Assembly: GCA_008633435.1 (NCBI GenBank)
Contig: RKSL01000011.1
Location: 905 to 64,904, forward strand
Length of the DNA: 64,000 bases
Reading direction: 5' to 3'
DNA from: Candidatus Desulfobulbus rimicarensis
Lineage (GTDB): Bacteria > Desulfobacterota > Desulfobulbia > Desulfobulbales > Desulfobulbaceae
A model generated the notes under the pieces. The model was not told where the DNA came from and made no database searches. It was given only the letters and a program-made list of their open reading frames with translations. Shown in pieces: positions 20,352 through 28,885 of the stretch (positions within the stretch are counted from its first letter, which is position 1; every line of letters starts with the position of its first letter). The position numbers and the translations under genes were made by a program.

Positions 20352-20606
20352 ATGGATACTCTTGAGAAAATACGGGTCATGTTACCCCACTGGATAGAAC
20401 ATAATCAGGGGCATGGAAAAGAATTTTCCCAGTGGGAAAACAAGCTTGCACAAGATAATCCTGAGATTGCGCGACTTTTACACGACGCTGTGCACTCTCT
20501 CCAGGAGGTGCAAGGCGCACTCGAAGAGGCCCTGGAAAAGGCAGGAGGTGCCCTTGAACAAAAAAGTGGCACGCATTCTCATGGGGCTGGTCACCATCAT
20601 CATTGA
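20352..20606 (+). CDS. small helical protein with a His-rich C-terminal tail (putative metal binding)
   Basis: 84-aa product 'MDTLEKIRVMLPHWIEHNQGHGKEF...THSHGAGHHHH'. It lies 52 nt downstream of the CooT-like gene on the same strand. Confidence 0.55.
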   Translation: MDTLEKIRVMLPHWIEHNQGHGKEFSQWENKLAQDNPEIARLLHDAVHSLQEVQGALEEALEKAGGALEQKSGTHSHGAGHHHH

Positions 20607-22997
20607 TCAGTTATAGTAGATACTCCATTTACCGGTTGCCAGGTTGTACTGATAATTAACCTCAAGCCGGAATGAGCTGCCCCGGTTGCGTTCTACACAA
20701 CTTAAGTTAAAAAACTGTTTCCCTTTCTTTTGTTTGATAAATGTCACCTTTGGATGACTGAGTTTTGATGAACGTGATGAAGGGTATGCTTTATGGAAAA
20801 TAGTTTCAAAGTTGTTTTTCAGCCAGTCGATCCTTGCCTGCATAGAAAGAGCCGCTGTTTTCTCTCGTATTCTGGTTCTTATATTTTTTGCAATCGTTGA
20901 TATATCGTTGTCCTGGACGAACTTTGATGAGTTGATCAGGTTTCTGATTGTCTTGTAATGGTCAAGAGCTGTTCGTAAATCACCCTCTTGTTCTGCCTTT
21001 GTTGCCTCGCCCTGTTCACGGGCAATCATGATCATCTGCAGTGTTTTTTCAATTTTTGGCACATCCTGATCGTGCGATCCTGCAAAGATCTGCCTGTTTG
21101 AGTGAAGAAGCTTAAGGGATTGCTGGTATTCCCCGATTGCCTTGTCCCATTTCCGGGCTTCATACGAATGACGGGCAAGGGAGAGCAGCTGGTAGAGGCG
21201 GGAGTCGGCCAGTAACCTGTCAAGCTCTTGTCGTTCAGCCGGGGTGACTGTATTCGGGCTTTCATTGAGCAGACGTTTTGCATCTTGAAGCATTTCAATG
21301 GTTTTTTGCCATTGCGCCTCGGTAAAGGTATTCTTGGACTGATCCAGCTCATGCCTGAAGGTTGCAGCAGCAAGTTTTTTGCTGATTTCTCCGGTGCCTT
21401 CGGCATCTGAAAGCGTTTGGGCAATCTCAAGGGCACGTCTATAGGTTGCAGCGGCATGTTCCCATTGCTGGGCATCCTCGGCCTTACGGGCGCTGGCCAG
21501 AGTTTCCTCAAAGCGAAGGTTGTTAATTGTCTGAATAATTGCCTGTTCCTGTACTTCCAGTTTATTGATATGGGCAAAATCCTGCGCTTTTGAGTAGGCA
21601 GTGATTGCTTTGCGAATCTTCCCGGTTTTGAGAAGATCATCACCATTTTTGGTTAATTTATCCAGTTTATGCAGCAGCCTGACTGTCTCAATGGGAAGGT
21701 ATTGGTGATTGTAGAGAGCCTTGCCCAAGACACCTTGCTTGAATTCAGGATTATTCAGCAGTGCGGTGACGTTATCCTGTAATTCTTTTTTTCTGGTTTT
21801 GCGTATAATGACTTTTTTTAGCGGTAGAAGAGCCGATTGTGCTGCTTTTTGAGCATTTTTAAAATTTTTTGCAGCAGCGGATTGTTTGGCTTGGTGCCAT
21901 TTTTTTTCAGCCTGTTTAATGGCATTGCCATCCAGAAAATAGAGGATTCCAAAGCAGGTAACAGCAATCAGGGCGATAATTACGGCCAGAATGGGCTTTA
22001 TCGGCAGGCCGGCTGTCTTAATCTTGGCACTACTTGGTTTTAAATCTTTCTGGTTGACTTTTTTAGGTTTTCCGTCCTGCTGCTTGGCTGCGGAAGCCGC
22101 AGCTAAAGTGTCTTGTGAGGAATTGCCTTCGCCTGCAAACGATTCGGAAAGAACCTGAGCCTGTCCCAGCCGAAGACGCAAGTCGTCCAGACCGGGGGTG
22201 TCTGTTGCCATCGTGGCAATCTGTTCTACAATTTCAAGGGCTTCGTTGATTTTTCCTTGTTCTTCGAGCTTTTCAGCTTCAATAATCAGTCTGTTGCTTT
22301 CGCGCAGGGCAGAAGAAATAACATGCTCTATTTCTCCTCTATCCGTGATGTCAGCTTTTTCCGGTATTTCAGCCAGGAGTTCGCCGGCAGCAACCATCTC
22401 TTTTTGTTCAATTCGTAATCTGATGAGGTCAAGCTGTTCAGCTGTTTCGCTGGAATAGTCGAGGGTGTCATCTTCGATGTCATCAAGGCCGAGCAGGTCA
22501 AAGGTGTCTTCGACCTCGTCAAGCAGGCTGTCCGGTTCAATATCACCTACCTGTACGCTGTCTAAAGGAAGCTCATTGCGATGTTCGGCATACCAGTCAG
22601 CCGCCTCCTGATTAAAGGGGTCTGTGAGATGATAATTGCTGCCACAGATCATCTCGCCAATATGGAGAATGAGTTCAGGGAGCTTGGGAGTTTCCTGCCA
22701 GTGCGATGCAATACGTATTGCGTCCGGGTCAATATCCGGATGAAAAATCGAGGTGAGTGGTTTGACGGCCGGTGGAAAATGGGGATACCCGAACGGCAGG
22801 CTGACCCGGACTCGATGTTGAGCCCCCTGGCGAATATTCCCATCCACATCACGGACAAAACCGTTAAGAAGGTATTCAATCTCGTAATTGTCAGGAGGAT
22901 CCCCTTCAACCTGTATTATGTTGATGCTGGGGTAGAGTTCGAGGGTTTTTTGAACCTCTTGAAAATCACTGGAAAGTTTTTCAGGGCCTGAAGCCAT
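20607..22997 (-). CDS. membrane-anchored UBC-fold (E2/UEV-like, no catalytic Cys) protein with TPR-like repeats
   Basis: 796-aa ORF. Residues ~12-140 carry 'LPFGYPHFPPAVKPLTSIFHPDIDPDAIRIASHW...DPFNQEAADWY', which mirrors the E2 core (F-P-x-x-YP-x-x-PP-x-V-x-F-x-T-x-I-x-HPNI...IC...W...P-x-N-x-x-AA). This is followed by an acidic linker and one TM helix (aa ~334-355, 'PILAVIIALIAVTCFGILYFL'). After that come repeated 'W..A...Y..AL' TPR-like units and a beta-rich tail. Confidence 0.65.
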   Translation of the reverse strand: MASGPEKLSSDFQEVQKTLELYPSINIIQVEGDPPDNYEIEYLLNGFVRDVDGNIRQGAQHRVRVSLPFGYPHFPPAVKPLTSIFHPDIDPDAIRIASHWQETPKLPELILHIGEMICGSNYHLTDPFNQEAADWYAEHRNELPLDSVQVGDIEPDSLLDEVEDTFDLLGLDDIEDDTLDYSSETAEQLDLIRLRIEQKEMVAAGELLAEIPEKADITDRGEIEHVISSALRESNRLIIEAEKLEEQGKINEALEIVEQIATMATDTPGLDDLRLRLGQAQVLSESFAGEGNSSQDTLAAASAAKQQDGKPKKVNQKDLKPSSAKIKTAGLPIKPILAVIIALIAVTCFGILYFLDGNAIKQAEKKWHQAKQSAAAKNFKNAQKAAQSALLPLKKVIIRKTRKKELQDNVTALLNNPEFKQGVLGKALYNHQYLPIETVRLLHKLDKLTKNGDDLLKTGKIRKAITAYSKAQDFAHINKLEVQEQAIIQTINNLRFEETLASARKAEDAQQWEHAAATYRRALEIAQTLSDAEGTGEISKKLAAATFRHELDQSKNTFTEAQWQKTIEMLQDAKRLLNESPNTVTPAERQELDRLLADSRLYQLLSLARHSYEARKWDKAIGEYQQSLKLLHSNRQIFAGSHDQDVPKIEKTLQMIMIAREQGEATKAEQEGDLRTALDHYKTIRNLINSSKFVQDNDISTIAKNIRTRIREKTAALSMQARIDWLKNNFETIFHKAYPSSRSSKLSHPKVTFIKQKKGKQFFNLSCVERNRGSSFRLEVNYQYNLATGKWSIYYN

Positions 22998-23192
22998 AGT
23001 GTACCTTGAATAATGACAGGGTGCTGTTCAATTTGTTAATAGAAAATGACAATAATAAAGCAATCTTTTTTTACATTCTATAATATTTTATACTGTGAAA
23101 CAAGTGACTTTCGCAGAATACGAGACAGTTGTGCAAAAAAGTAGTCGGAATTTGGTCAGCATCTCGGCTACGGGGTTTTTTATAACAACACT

Positions 23193-23220
23193 TTGACATA
23201 GCAATGTTTCTGTGTACAAT
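23193..23220 (+). promoter_or_regulatory. near-consensus sigma-70 promoter facing the DUF4388 gene
   Basis: TTGACA-N16-TACAAT lies about 190 nt upstream of the ATG at 23415, in an AT-rich spacer. Confidence 0.35.
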
Positions 23221-23414
23221 GCAATACAAAGATGTAATTCTTAAGATTATCGAAAATTGTTTTTGATCGTTTTCTGCACCACCCCAAAAACACAATGGAT
23301 GTATCGTGCTTTTGTGGCGCATGTTTTGGTGTTGAGGCTATTGATCATGCTTGCAATGCACGTTATTGATAGTAGCTCTTAAGATGAGATTCAAATTTAG
23401 GTGTAAGAAGTCTT

Positions 23415-24035
23415 ATGGGTAATTTTGCAGTGACATTTGATATTACTGAAGAGAGGGCATGCCCTTTTTATTCAGTTGATAATTCTCTGGTCTTGACTGA
23501 GAATGCTGTTATTCTTCCGGTGGGTGCGCCTGCCTGTCTTATTCTGGTGCGGCAGGTTACCGAGCTGTTGTTTGAACTGTTACCCCATGCAGAATCAGAC
23601 TTTGCTGAAAAACGTAATACGGTTTTTTCCTGTGGAGGTTGTACCGGGTTGATAAAGTTTACAATTGGTGAGACTGTAGAGAATATTTCAGGATCCGGTG
23701 ATACGGGTGGAGAGGTTGTGATGAGCGGTCGGATAGATGCTATTTTACCTCCGGAACTTCTCCAGGTTTTTCATATGCATCAAAAAACCGGCAAGTTACT
23801 GATGGATATGGATGGTGGCTCAGCCAGGGTGACATTTCGGGAAGGAGGTATTATTGCTGCCCGTTATGGAGATCTGGACAATCAGGAGGCTGTTTTTGGT
23901 CTGATGGCTGAAAAAACAGGGTATTTCCGTTTTCTTCCCGGATTACCTTCTCCCCTTTTAAAGGCAAGGGAAATAGGTGATTTCATGATGATCCTCATGG
24001 AGGGGCTGAAGAGGCTGGATGAGGACGAAGAGTAA
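23415..24035 (+). CDS. DUF4388 (PATAN-like) domain protein with a Cys-containing N-terminal module
   Basis: The C-terminal half, 'PELLQVFHMHQKTGKLLMDMDGGSARVTFREGGIIAARYGDLDNQEAVFGLMAEKTGYFRF', fits the DUF4388 pattern. The N-terminal ~95 aa contains 'ACPFY', 'APAC' and 'SCGGCTG'. Confidence 0.6.
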   Translation: MGNFAVTFDITEERACPFYSVDNSLVLTENAVILPVGAPACLILVRQVTELLFELLPHAESDFAEKRNTVFSCGGCTGLIKFTIGETVENISGSGDTGGEVVMSGRIDAILPPELLQVFHMHQKTGKLLMDMDGGSARVTFREGGIIAARYGDLDNQEAVFGLMAEKTGYFRFLPGLPSPLLKAREIGDFMMILMEGLKRLDEDEE

Positions 24036-24050
24036 AAATGGTACTGCGCT

Positions 24051-24683
24051 CTATCCCTTTCCAGGGGTGAAAGGGGGAAGCTTGAGAATATCCATGAAAC
24101 AGTCCACATGATGATCTGCCTTGAGTACAGGATTGCCAAAGGCGATGAACTCCATTCCCACAGCTGCGCAGTGTTCCTGGTCAACAGTTGAATCTCCGAT
24201 ATATACCGCCTCATCGACCTTGAAACCAAAATGGTTTAAAATCATGTGTAAGCCGTCCGGGGCAGGTTTAGGGCGGGGGGCAGTCAGAGCGGTAACCACA
24301 AATTCAAACCAGTGACGAAGCGCAAAAATATCCAGCACCATATCCATGGTATTTGTTCTGTTTGTTGAAATGGCTCGGTGGTAGTTGGGGGCGATAGTCT
24401 CCAGAAACATTATTAAATCCGGTGCTATGGTCATCTTGTCCAGAAACGGCGCGTAGTCAAGACTGAGGCGATACTGGTCAATTGCATCCATGTTGACGTG
24501 ATCATGGTTTCGGAAAATATGCGTTATAGAATCAAATACATTATGGGTGTGGACATATTCCAGCTCAACCTCATCCATTCCCGGACAGCCAAATTGGTTG
24601 AGAACCTGGTTGTAATAGGCCCGGTTGGTTTCACGGGAGTCAAACATGACCCCGTCACAGTCAAAAATAACAAGTTTGAGCAT
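24051..24683 (-). CDS. HAD-superfamily hydrolase (phosphoglycolate phosphatase-like)
   Basis: HAD motif I 'LVIFDCDGVMFDS' and motif IV-like 'YIGDSTVD'. Confidence 0.8.
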   Translation of the reverse strand: MLKLVIFDCDGVMFDSRETNRAYYNQVLNQFGCPGMDEVELEYVHTHNVFDSITHIFRNHDHVNMDAIDQYRLSLDYAPFLDKMTIAPDLIMFLETIAPNYHRAISTNRTNTMDMVLDIFALRHWFEFVVTALTAPRPKPAPDGLHMILNHFGFKVDEAVYIGDSTVDQEHCAAVGMEFIAFGNPVLKADHHVDCFMDILKLPPFTPGKG

Positions 24684-24707
24684 AGTCAGTCGGGAAGGTG
24701 TGGCAGG

Positions 24708-25391
24708 TTATAATGCGTTTTTCACCTGGGCAGTAATTCCGTAAATTTCCTGGTTGAGTTGATCAAAAAAGCGCTCCATGAACAGGTGTCGCCTGCTGGC
24801 AATTTTCTGGCCAATCGGGGTCAGCATCTGGCCTTTTACCCTGGACATTTTCACCTGGAATTCACGATAAGCAGTATCTTCTGTTGAATAGGATTCGGTA
24901 GTCGCAGGGTCGACATCAGGATTGTGCAGACGTGATCCTATCTGCCCTGCAAAAAGAAAGGCTCGTCCAATGCCGATTGCACCGATGGAATCAAGCTTGT
25001 CGGCGTCAAAGAGAATTTTCGCTTCAAGGCTTTTGGGGTGGATTTTTCCCCGAAATCGATGCGCACGGATACAGTGGCATATTGCATCGATATCGTCTTT
25101 GCAATACCCGAGCTGCTCAAGCAGTGGCCTGGCCATGGCCGCCCCTTTGTCTGCATGGCAGATTTTTCCCCGGCTCGTACGCTCTTTGTTGCGACCGATG
25201 TCGTGCAGTAAGGCTGCTGCAGCCAGAATGTCAACTCTGGCTGCCATGGCCTCACCAATGGCCATGGCGGTCTGAAAAACCCGCTCGCTGTGATCGGGGC
25301 CGTGGGAGCCGCCTTCTTCGCGGCAAAATTTTTCACTTACTTGCCGTAACTGATCAATCAGGTGCTGTCCTATGGAGTTTTCCTGCCTCAT
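24708..25391 (-). CDS. HD-domain phosphohydrolase
   Basis: 'HSERV...ALLHDIGR' (H...HD) and 'DADKLD'. The start is set at the ATG that forms an ATGA overlap with the upstream gene's stop. Confidence 0.75.
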   Translation of the reverse strand: MRQENSIGQHLIDQLRQVSEKFCREEGGSHGPDHSERVFQTAMAIGEAMAARVDILAAAALLHDIGRNKERTSRGKICHADKGAAMARPLLEQLGYCKDDIDAICHCIRAHRFRGKIHPKSLEAKILFDADKLDSIGAIGIGRAFLFAGQIGSRLHNPDVDPATTESYSTEDTAYREFQVKMSRVKGQMLTPIGQKIASRRHLFMERFFDQLNQEIYGITAQVKNAL

Positions 25392-26122
25392 TCGCCGAAA
25401 AATTCCTGCATCAGCCAACGGATGCCGAGCAGGAGCAGTTCTTCATCATCCCCAGCCATTGCCTGCAATTCCATGGCAGATAATGGGCGGTTCATACTGA
25501 TTCTACCATCGGCCATTTCCTGCCTGAACATATCCAGGTTGTAGAGTGCCAGAATAAATTGATCGAGTTGATTTTTGTCAGGACGAAACCCGAAGTGAAT
25601 ACGGGGATGCTGTAGCAGTTGCATCAGTGGGTCGTTGAAGCTGTTGTATTTGCTTACGCCCTGATCTTTGAAATATCCTGGCGCAGTCTGTTCATTTTTC
25701 TCTTTAAATCCTCGGCAATGGGGTTCTTTTATGAGAACGAACTGTTCCGTGATCTTCCCTGAGCCATCCCTGGATGCACCGCGCCCAACAGGGTATGCCC
25801 GACAGGCTCCGGGCCGATTATCATAGACTTTGCAGCCTTCCCTGGTCACAAAAATACAACTGGCCCGGCCATCGTCAACCATGGTCAGATAGCAGACCGG
25901 AAAAACCATACCTTCTTCCCATTCTATAATAACAAATTGTTCCAGGAAATTTCCGGAATGGAGTTGTAAGTGGTTCTTTAAGCGCAATACATCATACGGG
26001 GTCAGCGCAAGATCCAGCTCGCGGCAGCACTCGGTAAAGCATGGAACACCAGGATGGCAGGAAAAACAAAATTTGTCTGTGCTGTCGACCTGGTGAAAAT
26101 TTTCCGGTAATTCGTTACTCAT
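25388..26122 (-). CDS. YkgJ-family (UPF0153) cysteine-cluster protein
   Basis: The N-terminal 'CFSCHPGVPCFTECC' Cys cluster is typical of the family. It has an 8-nt overlap with the secDF stop. Confidence 0.7.
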   Translation of the reverse strand: MSNELPENFHQVDSTDKFCFSCHPGVPCFTECCRELDLALTPYDVLRLKNHLQLHSGNFLEQFVIIEWEEGMVFPVCYLTMVDDGRASCIFVTREGCKVYDNRPGACRAYPVGRGASRDGSGKITEQFVLIKEPHCRGFKEKNEQTAPGYFKDQGVSKYNSFNDPLMQLLQHPRIHFGFRPDKNQLDQFILALYNLDMFRQEMADGRISMNRPLSAMELQAMAGDDEELLLLGIRWLMQEFFGE

Positions 26123-28709
26123 TGATGCCCTCTCTTTTTTTCAGGGAAAGCAGCGGACTGGCAATGAAGATTGAAGAGTACGTGCCCACAAAGACACCGG
26201 TCAACAGGGCAAAGGAAAAATCATGGATAGCCGAGCCGCCAAAGAAGAATAATGCTGCCAGCGTAAGAGCGGTTGTCAGCGAGGTCACAATGGTTCGGCC
26301 AAGTACTTCGTTAATACTGATATTAATAATGTCCGCAAAAGGTTTATCATGCAATTTCCCCATATTCTCACGGATACGGTCAAAGACAACCACCGAGTCG
26401 TTTAGGGAGTAGCCGGCTAAGGTGAGCAGGGCTGTGACCAGCAGTAGAGTAATTTCCACATTGAGTAACCAGCAGATACCCAGAACAACCAGTACATCAT
26501 GAAATGTGGCAGCGGCAGCAGCCAGTCCAAAGCTAAAATCAAATCTGATGGCCAGATAAATAAGTACACCAAGAAGTGAGATGGCAATAGCCTCTATGGC
26601 TTTGTTCCTGAGTACCGCAGAAATAGACGAGCCAATCTCAGACTGGCTTTCCAGTGCAAAGCCCTTGCCCCCTTCTGCCTGGGAGAGGACTTTGCTGATT
26701 TCATCACCAAGATGGCCAACGGTATCCTCTGATTTTTTGATTTTAATGATTAAACGGTTCTCTCCGGTAACCTCCTGGAGGTCAACTGCATCAAAATTAT
26801 TCTTCTTGAGTAATGTTCGGATTGTATCAAGCTGAAAAGGTTTGTCAGCCTTGTACTGCAGCATGGAACCGCCGGAAAAGTCAACGCCGAGGTTGGCATC
26901 ACCGCGTAAAATCTCAACAAAAGAAACCATACCGACAATAACCAGCAGGGATGAGAGTCCAAAGGCGAACTTCTTTATTCCCATAAAATCAAAATTGGGT
27001 TTTTTAACAAACCTGAGAAATTTAAGGTCTTTAAGAAGTCGAGCCTTAAACAGCCAGTCATAAATAAGCCTGGTGCAAAAGAGGACGGCAAACAGGTTGA
27101 AAATAATACCCAGGGAAAGGGTGACAGCAAAACCTTTGATAGGGCCTGTTCCAAAGAGGAAGAGTGCCATAGCAGTAATAAGGGTGGTCACCTGGGAGTC
27201 AACAATTGACCAAAACGCCTTGTTGAAACCGGAATCAACACCAGACTTGACTGTTTTGCCCAACTCAAATTCTTCCCGCATACGCTCAAAGATGAGGACG
27301 TTAGCATCAACCGCCATGCCAATTGAGAGGATGATGCCGGCAATACCGGGAAGCGTGAGGGTTGCGCCAAGCATGGCCAGCCCGGAGAACAGGAACAAAA
27401 TATTTAATGCCAGGGCAAAGTCGGCAATAACCCCGGAGAGCCTGTAATAAATGACCATGAAAATCAGCACCATCAAGGCGCCGAAAATACCTGAAGTCAA
27501 CCCTTTGTTAATGGAGTCCTTGCCAAGACTTGCGCCAACTGTCAGGTTTTGAATAATTTCAACAGGAGCAGGCAGGGCGCCGACCCGGAGAACTATGGCC
27601 AGGTCTGTGGCCTCTTCGTGGGTAAACTGGCCAGATATCATTGCAGAGCCGCCCAGAATTTTCTCATTGATATTTGGGGCTGAACGAACCACGTTATCCA
27701 GCACAATGGCCAGTCTGCGGTTGACATTATTCCCCGTTATTGTCGCAAAAACTTTTCCCCCGCGTCCGGTGAGATCGAGGCTGACGTAAGGTTCATTAAA
27801 TGTGCCACCAATGCGCACCTGGGCGTTTTTGACCATGTCGCCGGTCATCAGGATGGGGCTTTCAATGAGCAGTGGGATTTTGCGTTCTGTCTTTGTCTGT
27901 TTGTCAGTAATCTTTTCAAAGTAAATTTCTGTCCCCTTGGGCAGACTGCTTTGCAGGACACGATTAAGTTTTTTTCGTGATTCTCCTTCTTTCCACTGGC
28001 CACTGTTTATAGCCTTTTCAATCAGGGCAGGCAGGTCAACTCCGGAATCGTCGGCAACCAGTTTAAAGGCAAGTTGTGCTGTTTTTCCTATGAGATCAAT
28101 GGCACGGTCAGGATCTTTAACGCCGGGAAGCTGCACGACAATTTCATCCTCGCCCTGGCGGATAATGACAGGCTCAGCAACACCAAACTGGTCAATACGA
28201 TTTCGGATAATTTCCAGAGATTGGGCTACTGCATTAGTACGGATAAAATCAATCTCTTTGTCAGTAAGTTGTAAAATGATACGCGGGAAACTGCCCTGGT
28301 CAGCTTCTACTTTGATGTTGAGATTAGGGAAATCTTCTTTGGCAACCTGGTTAATCGTGTCCACCGCGCCGGTATTAGGCAGGGTGAAGATGATTTGTGA
28401 GGGAGTGGTTGAGTCCAGTTGCACTGCAGAAATATTTTTTTCAGCAAGGCCTTCCTTAAGGTCAGAGGCGGCAAGTTCCAGTGAGTTTTCAACAGCCTTG
28501 TCCAGGTCGACCCGGAGAACCAGATGCATCCCGCCTTGAAGGTCAAGGCCAAGTTTCAGGCCTTCGGGAGCCAGGTATTTTTGCCACCAGTCCGGTGCGC
28601 CCGGGTAAAAAGAGGGCACAATGGTCATAATGGCAAAGAGGATAACAGTGATGAGGAGACCGATCTTCAGCTTCAGGTTGGTGTTCATGGATGTCTTCCT
28701 GTGTGACAA
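26115..28709 (-). CDS. secDF: fused protein translocase subunit SecD-SecF
   Basis: 864-aa ORF with the SecD periplasmic domain and TM bundle ('GLDLQGG', 'GIAGIILSIGMAVDANVLIFERMREE'), followed by SecF ('LNDSVVVFDRIREN'). Confidence 0.9.
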   Translation of the reverse strand: MSHRKTSMNTNLKLKIGLLITVILFAIMTIVPSFYPGAPDWWQKYLAPEGLKLGLDLQGGMHLVLRVDLDKAVENSLELAASDLKEGLAEKNISAVQLDSTTPSQIIFTLPNTGAVDTINQVAKEDFPNLNIKVEADQGSFPRIILQLTDKEIDFIRTNAVAQSLEIIRNRIDQFGVAEPVIIRQGEDEIVVQLPGVKDPDRAIDLIGKTAQLAFKLVADDSGVDLPALIEKAINSGQWKEGESRKKLNRVLQSSLPKGTEIYFEKITDKQTKTERKIPLLIESPILMTGDMVKNAQVRIGGTFNEPYVSLDLTGRGGKVFATITGNNVNRRLAIVLDNVVRSAPNINEKILGGSAMISGQFTHEEATDLAIVLRVGALPAPVEIIQNLTVGASLGKDSINKGLTSGIFGALMVLIFMVIYYRLSGVIADFALALNILFLFSGLAMLGATLTLPGIAGIILSIGMAVDANVLIFERMREEFELGKTVKSGVDSGFNKAFWSIVDSQVTTLITAMALFLFGTGPIKGFAVTLSLGIIFNLFAVLFCTRLIYDWLFKARLLKDLKFLRFVKKPNFDFMGIKKFAFGLSSLLVIVGMVSFVEILRGDANLGVDFSGGSMLQYKADKPFQLDTIRTLLKKNNFDAVDLQEVTGENRLIIKIKKSEDTVGHLGDEISKVLSQAEGGKGFALESQSEIGSSISAVLRNKAIEAIAISLLGVLIYLAIRFDFSFGLAAAAATFHDVLVVLGICWLLNVEITLLLVTALLTLAGYSLNDSVVVFDRIRENMGKLHDKPFADIINISINEVLGRTIVTSLTTALTLAALFFFGGSAIHDFSFALLTGVFVGTYSSIFIASPLLSLKKREGINE

Positions 28710-28885
28710 AGTAATATTTTGCCCCTGCAGATTACGGCAAAGATGAGTAAAAATCAGCAGGGTAAAAAGTTATATAGGCGAAAACTTATTGATTATACGA
28801 CGGGAAACTTCATCCTGCAACGGGTATGGAGTTTTTTTATGTTCTTTACCTGCCAAAAGAAATATCCATGTAGATTCGACTCGTT

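Noticed and set aside
21032-21646. 204-aa alternative-frame ORF inside the 796-aa gene
   Set aside because: It is on the same strand in a different frame and is fully nested in the longer ORF, which has coherent domain structure. There is no independent start signal.
23071-23322. 83-aa minus-strand ORF in the AT-rich spacer
   Set aside because: Its composition is driven by AT-rich DNA, it has no Shine-Dalgarno, and it overlaps the candidate promoter. I treat it as non-coding.
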